This document shows, piece after piece, positions 16,771 through 25,675 of a stretch of 32,135 nucleotides of DNA (its first letter is position 1; each line of letters begins with the position of its first letter). Where the stretch lies: assembly GCA_043822305.1 (NCBI GenBank), contig JBDRBU010000074.1:1-32135 (forward strand), in the 5' to 3' direction. The notes under the pieces were generated by a model, which had not been told where the DNA came from, did no database searches, and saw only the letters and a list, made by a program, of their open reading frames with translations. The stretch is from Candidatus Firestoneibacteriota bacterium (GTDB taxonomy: Bacteria; Oederibacteriota; D2-FULL-39-29; JBDRBU01). Position numbers and translations under genes: made by a program.

Positions 16771-17941
16771 AATTTCTAAATGGATATATCATAAAGTTGG
16801 GATAAAACTCTGGATATTTATTTTTTTAATAAGTCTTGTCTTGCTGTACTTTGGATTAAAAGGAATGTTTGGTAATGTATTTCCAAGTTTAGACTTTTTA
16901 AAATTTATTTCTGCAAAAAGGTTTAGTTCCAGAGTCCGAGAGATTGTAATATTACTAACTAAACTAGTGACCATAGACATAATAATAGTATCTTTAGGTT
17001 TATGGGGAATGTATGTTGCTATAAAAAGAGGTTTATATTCAGTTCTTACAGTTTTAAATCCAACCGAAAAAAATAATTTTATAAATACTGTTTATGAAAA
17101 AATAAAGTTAAAAAGAGGACCTAATATTGTTTGTTTGGGTGGAGGAGAAGGTATTAAAACTACATTGCAAGGAATAAAGGGATATTCAAGCAATATTTCA
17201 GCCTTGGTTCTTCCAGTTAATGATAATATCAGGAATGCTATAGTTTCTTTGGCCGGAACAACCGCCGTGATGAACAATTTGTTTAAATATAAATTTAGCA
17301 CTTCTGAATTAAATGGTTTTAATTTTGGAGACTTGTTTTTATCCGCGATGACAGATGTTACCGGAAATCTAAGTGAAGCCTTGAATGAATCTACCCGTAT
17401 TTTATCTTTAAGAGGAGGGGTTGTTTTATTAACATCAGAAAATGTAAAGTTAATGGTTAATAAAAAAAAATTTTCATTAGAACCGGCTAATATTAAAGTA
17501 AATCCATTAGCACTTAAAGTAATAGAAAAAGCAGATGCAATATTTATAGGTCCCGGTGATTTATATCTAGATATCTTGCCTAATTTTTTAATTAAAGAGA
17601 TAAAAGAAACCATCGAGAATTCAAGGGCTATAAAAGTTTATATAGGCAGTATTATGACTCAAAGACATGAGACAGTAAGTCAGCATCTTGATGAAATTTT
17701 TAAATATGGAGGGGAAGGGATTATTGATTATGTGGTGGTTAATACTGGAGAAATCCCGGAAGACATTTTAGTCAAATACAGGAAATTCAAATCAGATGTT
17801 GTTGTTTTAGATGAAGAGAAAGTTAGAGAAAAGGGCGTCTCTTTAATTAAGAAAAATTTAGTAAGTATTATAGAAAATGGTTATGTTAGACATAATCCAT
17901 ACAAATTAGGGAAAACATTAATTAAACTAGTGTCTTTGTAA
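16757..17941 (+). CDS. YvcK/GlmR (CofD-like, UPF0052) family protein with N-terminal membrane segments; degenerate motifs
   Basis: GPNIVCLGGG, IRNAIVSLA, ADAIFIGPG, IMTQRHET, VRHNP; two hydrophobic N-terminal segments; TTG 16757 after GGAGAAGG preferred over 16718. Confidence 0.85.
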   Translation: MKENKISKWIYHKVGIKLWIFIFLISLVLLYFGLKGMFGNVFPSLDFLKFISAKRFSSRVREIVILLTKLVTIDIIIVSLGLWGMYVAIKRGLYSVLTVLNPTEKNNFINTVYEKIKLKRGPNIVCLGGGEGIKTTLQGIKGYSSNISALVLPVNDNIRNAIVSLAGTTAVMNNLFKYKFSTSELNGFNFGDLFLSAMTDVTGNLSEALNESTRILSLRGGVVLLTSENVKLMVNKKKFSLEPANIKVNPLALKVIEKADAIFIGPGDLYLDILPNFLIKEIKETIENSRAIKVYIGSIMTQRHETVSQHLDEIFKYGGEGIIDYVVVNTGEIPEDILVKYRKFKSDVVVLDEEKVREKGVSLIKKNLVSIIENGYVRHNPYKLGKTLIKLVSL

Positions 17942-17955
17942 AATAGGATAATTTT

Positions 17956-18360
17956 ATGATAGGAATAGTGGTTGTAACACATGGAAGTTTATCTGAGACA
18001 TTGATAAAAACTGCTGAGATGATAGTGGGAGCACAACAAAATCTAATAGCCGTCTGCTTTCATTCGTCTGAAGGGTTAGATGATTTGAAAGATAAAGTAA
18101 AAAAGGCAATAGATGCTACCCATTCTAATGAAGGTGTAATAGTTTTTACTGATATGTTTGGTGGAAGTACTTCGATCATTAGTTCTTATTTTATATCAAA
18201 AACCGTGGAAGTTATCACCGGAGTTAATCTCCCCATGTTATTAGAAACAATACTTAGCAGGGAAAATGTTGACAATATAAAAGACTTGGTGAAACTTGTA
18301 ATAGAGAAGAGTAAAAAGAGCATAATTGCTATATCTGAGATACACAAGATAAGCAAATAA
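17956..18360 (+). CDS. PTS mannose-family EIIA
   Basis: IGIVVVTHG, FTDMFGGS, VITGVNLPML. Confidence 0.93.
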   Translation: MIGIVVVTHGSLSETLIKTAEMIVGAQQNLIAVCFHSSEGLDDLKDKVKKAIDATHSNEGVIVFTDMFGGSTSIISSYFISKTVEVITGVNLPMLLETILSRENVDNIKDLVKLVIEKSKKSIIAISEIHKISK

Positions 18361-18379
18361 AGAGGATGTGTCCCTATTT

Positions 18380-18871
18380 ATGATAAGTTTAGCTAGAATA
18401 GATGATAGGTTAATTCATGGACAAATAGTGGTAGGGTGGGTAAATTTTTTAAAAGCTAATTATATTATTATAATAAATGATGAGGTTTCAAAAAACGAGA
18501 TCCAAAAATGTTTATTAAAAACTGCTGTGCCACAGGGGATTAAAGTGCGGATATATGGAGTTGCAGAATTTGATTTAAAAAATGATAGTTGTGAAATAAT
18601 AAATAATAAAGTTATTTTACTTTTCACAACTCCAAAGGATTGTTTAAGAATCATTGAAAAGGGATTTAAGATTGATTCAATAAATGTTGGGGGTATGAGG
18701 TGTTCTTATGGAAAGAAAGAAATAACCCCTTCTATGTTTTTAAATGAAGATGATATAGAAAATTTTAAAAGATTAGAAGAAATGGGAATTAAAATTGAGA
18801 TTAAAATGGTGCCAGCCGAAAAAGGGATTAATCTCTTGGAAAAGGTATGTCAGGGTCAGGGACGACCCTGA
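18380..18871 (+). CDS. PTS mannose-family EIIB
   Basis: ARIDDRLIHGQIV, SINVGGM; ATG 18380 preferred over GTG 18368 on RBS spacing. Confidence 0.93.
   Translation: MISLARIDDRLIHGQIVVGWVNFLKANYIIIINDEVSKNEIQKCLLKTAVPQGIKVRIYGVAEFDLKNDSCEIINNKVILLFTTPKDCLRIIEKGFKIDSINVGGMRCSYGKKEITPSMFLNEDDIENFKRLEEMGIKIEIKMVPAEKGINLLEKVCQGQGRP
18850..18871. repeat. GC-rich hairpin overlapping the EIIB stop codon
   Basis: TCAGGGTC-AGGGAC-GACCCTGA, 8-bp perfect stem, no U-tract. Confidence 0.55.
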
Positions 18872-18895
18872 TTCTATATGGTGGAGGTTATAAGA

Positions 18896-21019
18896 TTGAA
18901 AAAGGTTAATTTTATTTTAGGTATACATAATCATCAGCCAGTGGGTAACTTTGATTTTGTGTTTGAAGACGCTTTAAAAAAAGCATATTTGCCTTTTCTG
19001 GAAATTTTAAAAAAGTTTTCATTTTTAAAGATCTGTCTTCATAATAGTGGCTGTTTAATAGAATGGCTTTTAAAAAATCATCCGGAAGTATTGGAAGAAA
19101 TTAAAAAATTAGTTAATAAGGGAAAAATAGAAATAGTTTCTGGAGGATTTTACGAGCCTATATTTTCTTTAATCCCGGATAAGGATAAGATAGGTCAAAT
19201 AAACATGATGAATAAATTCATAAAAGATTATTTTAATTATTCTCCTTCTGGTGTTTGGTTGCCCGAGCGGATTTGGGAACCGAATCTGCCTAAGATTTTT
19301 AATCAAACAGGGATTAAATATACAATAGTAGATGATACACATTTTAAAAGTGCCGGGTTAAAAGAAGAAGATATGCTTGGATATTTTGTTACAGAAGAAG
19401 AAGGATATAAATTAAATATATTCCCTATTAGTAGTAAGATGAGGTATTTTGTGCCTTTTGGAACGCCGGAAGACACTATTAATTATCTTAAAACTTTAGC
19501 TACTGACGAGGGGAATAACCTTGTTGTCCTTTTTGATGATGGAGAGAAATTTGGGATATGGCCTCAAACATACGAATGGGTTTATGAAAAAAAATGGTTA
19601 GAAAAATTTTTTATAGAGTTAGAAAAAAACAGTGATTGGATAAATATAACTACTTTTTCTGAATACATTAGTTCTTTTAAGCCAATTGGACGAATATATC
19701 TACCCACCGCATCATATGATGAGATGTTGGAATGGGCCATGCCAGCAGATTCTATACTTGAATATGAAGATTTTGTAAGAAATCTAATGAACTGTAATAT
19801 TTACGAGAAATACAAGAGATTTGTTAAAGGCGGCTTTTTTAGAAATTTTTTAACAAAATATTCAGAAAGTAATAATATGCATAAGAAGATGTTGTTAGTT
19901 AGCGAGAAAATCAATAAATTAAACGAAGAAGGCAAAGATGTAAAACATTGTTTAAGGATTTTATGGAGTGGCCAATGTAACTGTGCTTACTGGCATGGAG
20001 TTTTTGGAGGTCTTTATCTTAATCATTTAAGATTTGCAGTTTATACTAATTTAATTAAAGCGGAATTTCTTGCAGATGAGATCAGATTTGGCAGAAAAGA
20101 ATGGTTAGAGTATAATACTTTTGATTTCGATAGGGATAATTCCGATGAAATTTTAATAAATTCCAATTTGTATAATATTTACATAGATCCAGCTCGCGGT
20201 GGAAGTATTTTTGAATTTGATTATAAACCCAGATGTTTTAATTTACTTGATACTTTAAGCAGACGAAAGGAAGCGTATCATAAAGATTTGTTTAAAGGAA
20301 ATGATCAAAGCACATTGCATGATATAAAAAGCGTACACGAATTAGTAAGAGAATTTGATAAAGACATAAAAAAAGATTTAATATACGACCGGTATAGAAG
20401 GGTTTCGTTAATAGACCATTTTTTAACTATTGATTCAAAAATAATTGAGTTTACTGATTTATCTTATAAGGAGCTGGGAGATTTTGTATCAAGGGAATAT
20501 AAGCACAAGATGAAAGGAAATGAAGTTGAAGTTTTAGTTGATTTAGAAAGAATGGGAATTGTAGAAGGAAATGCCTGTAAGGTCATAAAAAGTATTTATA
20601 TAAAATCTAATGACCCTGAAATAATAATAACATACGAGATTTCAAATCTTTCCGAAAAAGAGATTTATGCGAAATTTGGAGTAGAATTTAATTTTTCAAT
20701 GCTTGGAGGAGATTCTTCTGACAGGCATTATTATGTTAATGATAAAAAATTAGAAGACCCAAGATTAATTAGCCTGGGTGAAGAAAGCAATGTGGATGAA
20801 GTTGGAATAATAGATAATTGGTTAAAAATTAAAGTATCTTTATCTTTTAGTGAGAAAACTACTGTTTGGAGATTTCCAATTCAAACTATATCTCAATCTA
20901 TCGGTAAATTAGAGAAAGTTTACCAGAGTTCAGTAATATTTCCTAACTGGACTTTAAAACTTTCTCCAAAAGAGGTTAAAAAAATAACAATTAAAAAAAG
21001 AGTAGAAAATGTTAACTGA
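18896..21019 (+). CDS. Glycoside hydrolase family 57, 4-alpha-glucanotransferase/alpha-amylase type
   Basis: HNHQPVGNF, GGFYEPI, WLPERIW (nucleophile Glu), FDDGEKFG (acid/base Asp), QCNCAYWHGVFGGLY; start placed at TTG 18896 after GGAGG (18883-18887). Confidence 0.93.
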   Translation: MKKVNFILGIHNHQPVGNFDFVFEDALKKAYLPFLEILKKFSFLKICLHNSGCLIEWLLKNHPEVLEEIKKLVNKGKIEIVSGGFYEPIFSLIPDKDKIGQINMMNKFIKDYFNYSPSGVWLPERIWEPNLPKIFNQTGIKYTIVDDTHFKSAGLKEEDMLGYFVTEEEGYKLNIFPISSKMRYFVPFGTPEDTINYLKTLATDEGNNLVVLFDDGEKFGIWPQTYEWVYEKKWLEKFFIELEKNSDWINITTFSEYISSFKPIGRIYLPTASYDEMLEWAMPADSILEYEDFVRNLMNCNIYEKYKRFVKGGFFRNFLTKYSESNNMHKKMLLVSEKINKLNEEGKDVKHCLRILWSGQCNCAYWHGVFGGLYLNHLRFAVYTNLIKAEFLADEIRFGRKEWLEYNTFDFDRDNSDEILINSNLYNIYIDPARGGSIFEFDYKPRCFNLLDTLSRRKEAYHKDLFKGNDQSTLHDIKSVHELVREFDKDIKKDLIYDRYRRVSLIDHFLTIDSKIIEFTDLSYKELGDFVSREYKHKMKGNEVEVLVDLERMGIVEGNACKVIKSIYIKSNDPEIIITYEISNLSEKEIYAKFGVEFNFSMLGGDSSDRHYYVNDKKLEDPRLISLGEESNVDEVGIIDNWLKIKVSLSFSEKTTVWRFPIQTISQSIGKLEKVYQSSVIFPNWTLKLSPKEVKKITIKKRVENVN

Positions 21020-21707
21020 AATTCTAATTATTAGTCTAATGGCTGGAATAGTTAGTATAGATGTTAGAACTATAGGCGGAACAATGATAAGCAGGCCTTT
21101 AGTTATTTCGCCTTTAGTTGGACTAATTCTTGGAGATTTAAAAGTTGGCTTTATTGTCGCAACTTTTTTAGAACTAATCTGGATTGGGTTACCGCCAATA
21201 GGAGCTTATTTACCGGCAGAAACTTTACCCATAGCCGTAATTTCAACTAGTTTAGCTATAATTCTTAAAGGCAAAATGGAAGTTGAAATGCTAAGCATAA
21301 TTGTATTTTGTATTATTGTTGCAATTCCTTTTGGATTTATTGGTAAATGGTTGGAATATCATATTAGAACATTTAATTCTTATTTGTCAAGAAAAGTAAG
21401 TAAAGAAGTGGAAAAGGGGAACATAGAGAGTGTGTGTTCTTTGCAGTATTTTAACATTTTACTCTCATTTTTAAAAGGATTTGTAATTTGTTTTATCCCG
21501 ATTTTATTTGGGCAGATTTTATTAATAAAGATTTTTAATTCTTTACCAAATCAGATAAAAGAAGGAATTCTTTTTTCTTCATGGTTTGTTCTTGCTTTAG
21601 GGTTTGCTGTTGTCATGGAAATTTTTATATTAAACAAATATATTAAATATTTTTTTATAAGTTTTTTTGTTTTAATTTTATTATTTCTGGCCATAGGAGT
21701 AATGTAA
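21009..21707 (+). CDS. PTS mannose-family EIIC
   Basis: MISRPLVISPLVGLILGD, LELIWIG..PIGAYLP; multi-pass hydrophobic. Confidence 0.9.
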   Translation: MLTEILIISLMAGIVSIDVRTIGGTMISRPLVISPLVGLILGDLKVGFIVATFLELIWIGLPPIGAYLPAETLPIAVISTSLAIILKGKMEVEMLSIIVFCIIVAIPFGFIGKWLEYHIRTFNSYLSRKVSKEVEKGNIESVCSLQYFNILLSFLKGFVICFIPILFGQILLIKIFNSLPNQIKEGILFSSWFVLALGFAVVMEIFILNKYIKYFFISFFVLILLFLAIGVM

Positions 21708-21711
21708 AACA

Positions 21712-22494
21712 ATGTATAAATTAATAAAAAAAATAGATTTATTAAAAGTGCTGATTCGATCGTTTTTTATAGAAACCTCTTGGAATTTTGAAGGTATGCA
21801 AAATATTGGATTTGCATATGCTTTATTGCCGGTTGTATCTAAGATTTGTAAAACCAAAGAGGAAAAAGTAAAGTTTATAAAAAGGCATATAAAATTTTTA
21901 AATACTCATCCTTCTATGGCTTTATTTATAATGGGAGTAGTTATAAATTTAGAAGAAAAAAACAAATTAAAAGAAAACGCTAACGAAGCAAATGAAATAG
22001 AGGATATTAAAAATAGTATGATGGGTCCATTAGCTGCTATTGGTGACAATGTATTTTGGGAATATTTAAGACCATTTAGTGCTTTACTCGGAGTTTCAAT
22101 AGTTCTTCTTTCTAAAAATAATTTGAAATTAGCACTTCTAGGGCCACTAGTCTCTTTGCTTATTTATAACTTGTTTAACATCTTCATAAGATATATCGGG
22201 ATTGTAAAAGGATATGAACAAGGGATTTCTGTTGTAAACTACTTACATAGTCTTAATTTGCAGAGGATATGTGAAAAATTAAGTTTATTTGCTTCTTTTG
22301 TTTTAGGTGTAACTTTAGCCACTTCATTTCAGTGGCAGAAAACAAGTATATTTAATTACCCAATTTTTAATAATTTGTTATTTCTAATAACTACTTTTTT
22401 ATTAGTTGGAGCACTTAAAATAAGGATTTCTTCTACGGTAACATTTTACTGTCTAGTTATTATATGTATAATATTCAAATATTTTATAAGATGA
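21712..22494 (+). CDS. PTS mannose-family EIID
   Basis: SWNFEGMQNIGF, FLNTHP, MMGPLAAIGD. Confidence 0.93.
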   Translation: MYKLIKKIDLLKVLIRSFFIETSWNFEGMQNIGFAYALLPVVSKICKTKEEKVKFIKRHIKFLNTHPSMALFIMGVVINLEEKNKLKENANEANEIEDIKNSMMGPLAAIGDNVFWEYLRPFSALLGVSIVLLSKNNLKLALLGPLVSLLIYNLFNIFIRYIGIVKGYEQGISVVNYLHSLNLQRICEKLSLFASFVLGVTLATSFQWQKTSIFNYPIFNNLLFLITTFLLVGALKIRISSTVTFYCLVIICIIFKYFIR

Positions 22495-22763
22495 GTATAC
22501 AAATAGAAATAATAATTAAAAATAAATTAGGTTTGCATTTACGTGCTGCGGCTGATTTTGTAAAATTAGCCAGTAAGTATAAATCCGATATTTTTGTTGA
22601 AAAGGATGGGGAACAGATTAATGGCAAAAGTATTATGGGAATTATGGCTTTAGCCGCATCAGAAGGGACAAAGTTAATTATTAAAGCACAAGGAGAAGAG
22701 GCTAAAGAAGCGTTAGACAAATTAAATGAATTAATTAATAACAAATTTGGAGAAAAAGAATGA
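22491..22763 (+). CDS. ptsH: Phosphocarrier protein HPr
   Basis: NKLGLHLRAA (His15 equivalent), NGKSIMGIM (Ser46 equivalent); ATG 22491 overlaps the EIID stop (ATGA). Confidence 0.95.
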   Translation: MSIQIEIIIKNKLGLHLRAAADFVKLASKYKSDIFVEKDGEQINGKSIMGIMALAASEGTKLIIKAQGEEAKEALDKLNELINNKFGEKE

Positions 22764-24493
22764 GAAAAGTATTTAAGGGGATAGGTGCGTCATCTGGTGT
22801 GGTTATAGGCCGGGCCATGCTAATTCCTGCGGAAGAATTTATTATTATTAAACACAATTTAAAAGATAGTGATATTCCAGGCGAAGTTATTAGGTTTAAA
22901 AACGCATTAAAAAAAACTAAAAAAGAGATAAAGGAAATTCAAATAAAAGTTAAAAAAGAAATTGGCTCTAAACATTCAAATATATTTGTGGCACATCTTT
23001 TAATATCAGAGGACCCATTTTTAACCACAGAGGTAATAAAGGAAATAAAAATTTCCAAGGTAAATAGTGAATATGCCTTTAGTCAGGCCATAAATAAGTT
23101 TGTAGATAAATTGTCTAAAGTAGGCGATGAATATTTAAGAGAGAGAAGCAATGATATTAAAGATATAGGAAGAAGGGTGTTAAGAAATTTAACAGGTGAA
23201 AAAAGAGAAACTTTAGCGAATTTGGAAGAAGAGATTATTGTTTTTGCAAAAGATTTATCGCCTTCCGATACGGTTACAATGCAGAAAGATAAAGTTATAG
23301 GTTTTTGTATTGATATGGGCGGTAAAACTTCACATACGGCTATTATAGCCCGTGCACTTGAAATTCCAGCCGTAGTAGGACTTGGGTCAATTTCAAATAA
23401 TGTGAATACCGATGAGACTGTAATTGTGGATGGCCTAGAAGGAATTGTGATTATATCTCCATCTTCCGAGGATTTAAAGAAATATACTGAAAAAAGAGAG
23501 AAACTGCTTCAAATTGATATGGAATTAACAAAGTTAAGAGACCTGCCGGCAGAAACATTAGATGGATATAAAATAGAATTAAGTGCTAATATAGAAATGC
23601 AAGATGAAGTGAAATTAATTTTAAGACATGGGGCAAAAGGAATAGGATTGTATAGAACTGAATTTTTATTTTTAAATAGAGTTGATTTGCCAACCGAAGA
23701 AGAACAATTTAAGTTTTATTTATCTACGGCAGAAGCATTATATCCTTGTCAAGTAATAATGAGAACATTGGATTTAGGTGGTGATAAATTTCTTTCAAAT
23801 CTGGGATTGCGTAAAGAAGATAATCCGTTTTTGGGTTTAAGAGCTATTAGACTTTGTTTAGCCAAACCAGAATTGTTTAAAACACAATTAAGAGCAATCC
23901 TTAGAGCATCTAAATTAAAAAATATTAAAATAATGTTTCCAATGATATCAGGAGTTGAAGAGTTTAGAAGAGCAATAAAGATTTTAAAAGAAGTTAAGAA
24001 TGAATTAAAAAAAGACAAAATAGACTTTGACGATGATATTGAAGTTGGGGTTATGATCGAAATACCTTCGGCTGCTTTAACTTCTGATATTTTAGCCAAA
24101 GAAGCGGATTTCTTTAGTATAGGAACTAATGATTTAATTCAATATACACTGGCCATAGACAGGGTAAATGAAAATATAGCCTACTTGTACAACCCGTTGC
24201 ATCCATCTTTAATTAGAGAATTAAAGGGTATCGTAGATTCTGCTCACAAAGAAGGGAAATGGGTAGGTATGTGTGGTGAGATGGCCAGTGACACTGCTTT
24301 TACGCTACTTTTACTTGGATTAGGTTTTGATGAATTAAGTACGGCACCTGTTTCTGTCCCTCAAGTTAAAAAAGTGATAAGATCTATTACATTGGAAGAA
24401 GCAAAAAAAATAGCAAATGATGTATTAGATATGGAAACATTAGAAGAAGTAAAAGAATACATCTCGCATATGAATAAGAGTTATTGTAAGTGA
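22760..24493 (+). CDS. ptsI: PTS enzyme I
   Basis: GGKTSHTAII, GIGLYRTEFL, RTLDLGGDK, NPFLGLRAIR, SIGTNDLIQY, GMCGEMA. Confidence 0.97.
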   Translation: MRKVFKGIGASSGVVIGRAMLIPAEEFIIIKHNLKDSDIPGEVIRFKNALKKTKKEIKEIQIKVKKEIGSKHSNIFVAHLLISEDPFLTTEVIKEIKISKVNSEYAFSQAINKFVDKLSKVGDEYLRERSNDIKDIGRRVLRNLTGEKRETLANLEEEIIVFAKDLSPSDTVTMQKDKVIGFCIDMGGKTSHTAIIARALEIPAVVGLGSISNNVNTDETVIVDGLEGIVIISPSSEDLKKYTEKREKLLQIDMELTKLRDLPAETLDGYKIELSANIEMQDEVKLILRHGAKGIGLYRTEFLFLNRVDLPTEEEQFKFYLSTAEALYPCQVIMRTLDLGGDKFLSNLGLRKEDNPFLGLRAIRLCLAKPELFKTQLRAILRASKLKNIKIMFPMISGVEEFRRAIKILKEVKNELKKDKIDFDDDIEVGVMIEIPSAALTSDILAKEADFFSIGTNDLIQYTLAIDRVNENIAYLYNPLHPSLIRELKGIVDSAHKEGKWVGMCGEMASDTAFTLLLLGLGFDELSTAPVSVPQVKKVIRSITLEEAKKIANDVLDMETLEEVKEYISHMNKSYCK

Positions 24494-24527
24494 GGTCGTC
24501 GAGCCAAGATGTGAGGAGGTAATAGTT

Positions 24528-25040
24528 GTGGATGTAATGACGGCGATTAAAAAAAGAAGAAGTATAAGAAAATTTGAGAGTAAACCAATAGAAGAAAATA
24601 AATTAAGAGAGATTTTGGAAGCAGGAAGATTATCTCCATCTGCAAATAATAAGCAAGATTGGAAGTTTATAGTTGTAAACGAGAAGAATACAATAAATAA
24701 ATTAGCCAAAGCGGCTAATAATCAAACTTTTATAGCGTCGGCTCCAGTGATTATAGTTGCCTGTTCAATTAATCCAACGAGAAAGATGTCTTCTGGACAA
24801 TTTGCCGGACCGGTTGATGTATCTATTGCCGTGACCCAGATGATATTAAAATCTGTTGAGGAAGGGCTTGGAAGTTGCTGGATAGGTGCCTACAATGAAT
24901 CAGAGATAAAAAACATATTAAATATTCCGAAAGATGTATCAGTTGTTGCCTTATTCCCACTTGGCTATGCTGCAGAAAATCCTACCCAAGAACCGAGGAA
25001 AGATTTTAAAGAAGTCTTTATCTTTGAAAAATGGGAATAA
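24528..25040 (+). CDS. Nitroreductase-family flavoprotein
   Basis: RRSIRKF, SPSANNKQDW, GLGSCWIG, PLGY; AGGAGGT RBS before GTG. Confidence 0.92.
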   Translation: MDVMTAIKKRRSIRKFESKPIEENKLREILEAGRLSPSANNKQDWKFIVVNEKNTINKLAKAANNQTFIASAPVIIVACSINPTRKMSSGQFAGPVDVSIAVTQMILKSVEEGLGSCWIGAYNESEIKNILNIPKDVSVVALFPLGYAAENPTQEPRKDFKEVFIFEKWE

Positions 25041-25675
25041 AATTCTTTACAATAATTCCATTTTTAATTAGGCTCCTCCTTTTATTATTAGGGAAAAGCA
25101 TGCATATTAAAGAATGTGGGAATATAAAATTAAGCCCCCATCAAAAGAAAAACAAACAGTATATTTATGCTTTCTGGCATAGTGGAATTTTACTTTCTGT
25201 ATATTTTTTTAGAAATAAGGGTATCAATGTGTTAGTTAGCCTGCATAAAGATGGAGAATATATAAGTAGAGTAATAAATAAATTTGGATTTAGAGTAATC
25301 AGGGGGTCTACTTCAAGAGGAGGGTTAAAAGCTCTTCTTGAATTAAAAGATGTATTAAATAAGGGATTCGATGTTGCTATTACTCCTGATGGGCCAAGAG
25401 GACCAAAGCAAAGAGTACAAATGGGAATAATTTATCTGGCTAAAATCACTGGACTTCCTCTGGCCCCATTTTCTTTTAATGCAGATAAGAAAAAAGTTTT
25501 AAATAGCTGGGATAACTTTATTATTCCTCTTCCATTTAGTCAGGGTGTCTTTATGTTTGGAGAACCTATTTATGTATCAAAAAATGCCAATGAAAAGGAA
25601 ATGGAAGAAAAAAGATTAGAATTAGAAAACGAATTAAATCGATTAACAGAGGAAGCAAAAGTTTTATGCAAATGA
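25031..25675 (+). CDS. DUF374 acyltransferase-family protein (LpxJ-like)
   Basis: YAFWH, VSLHKDGE, IRGSTSRGG, AITPDGPRGP, SWDNFIIPLPFS; adjacent to lipid A genes. Confidence 0.85.
   Translation: MGIKFFTIIPFLIRLLLLLLGKSMHIKECGNIKLSPHQKKNKQYIYAFWHSGILLSVYFFRNKGINVLVSLHKDGEYISRVINKFGFRVIRGSTSRGGLKALLELKDVLNKGFDVAITPDGPRGPKQRVQMGIIYLAKITGLPLAPFSFNADKKKVLNSWDNFIIPLPFSQGVFMFGEPIYVSKNANEKEMEEKRLELENELNRLTEEAKVLCK

Noticed and set aside
24490..24527. Short GC-richer spacer with GTGAGG repeated between ptsI and the nitroreductase
   Set aside because: No hairpin, and the second copy is part of the RBS; too short to distinguish from chance.
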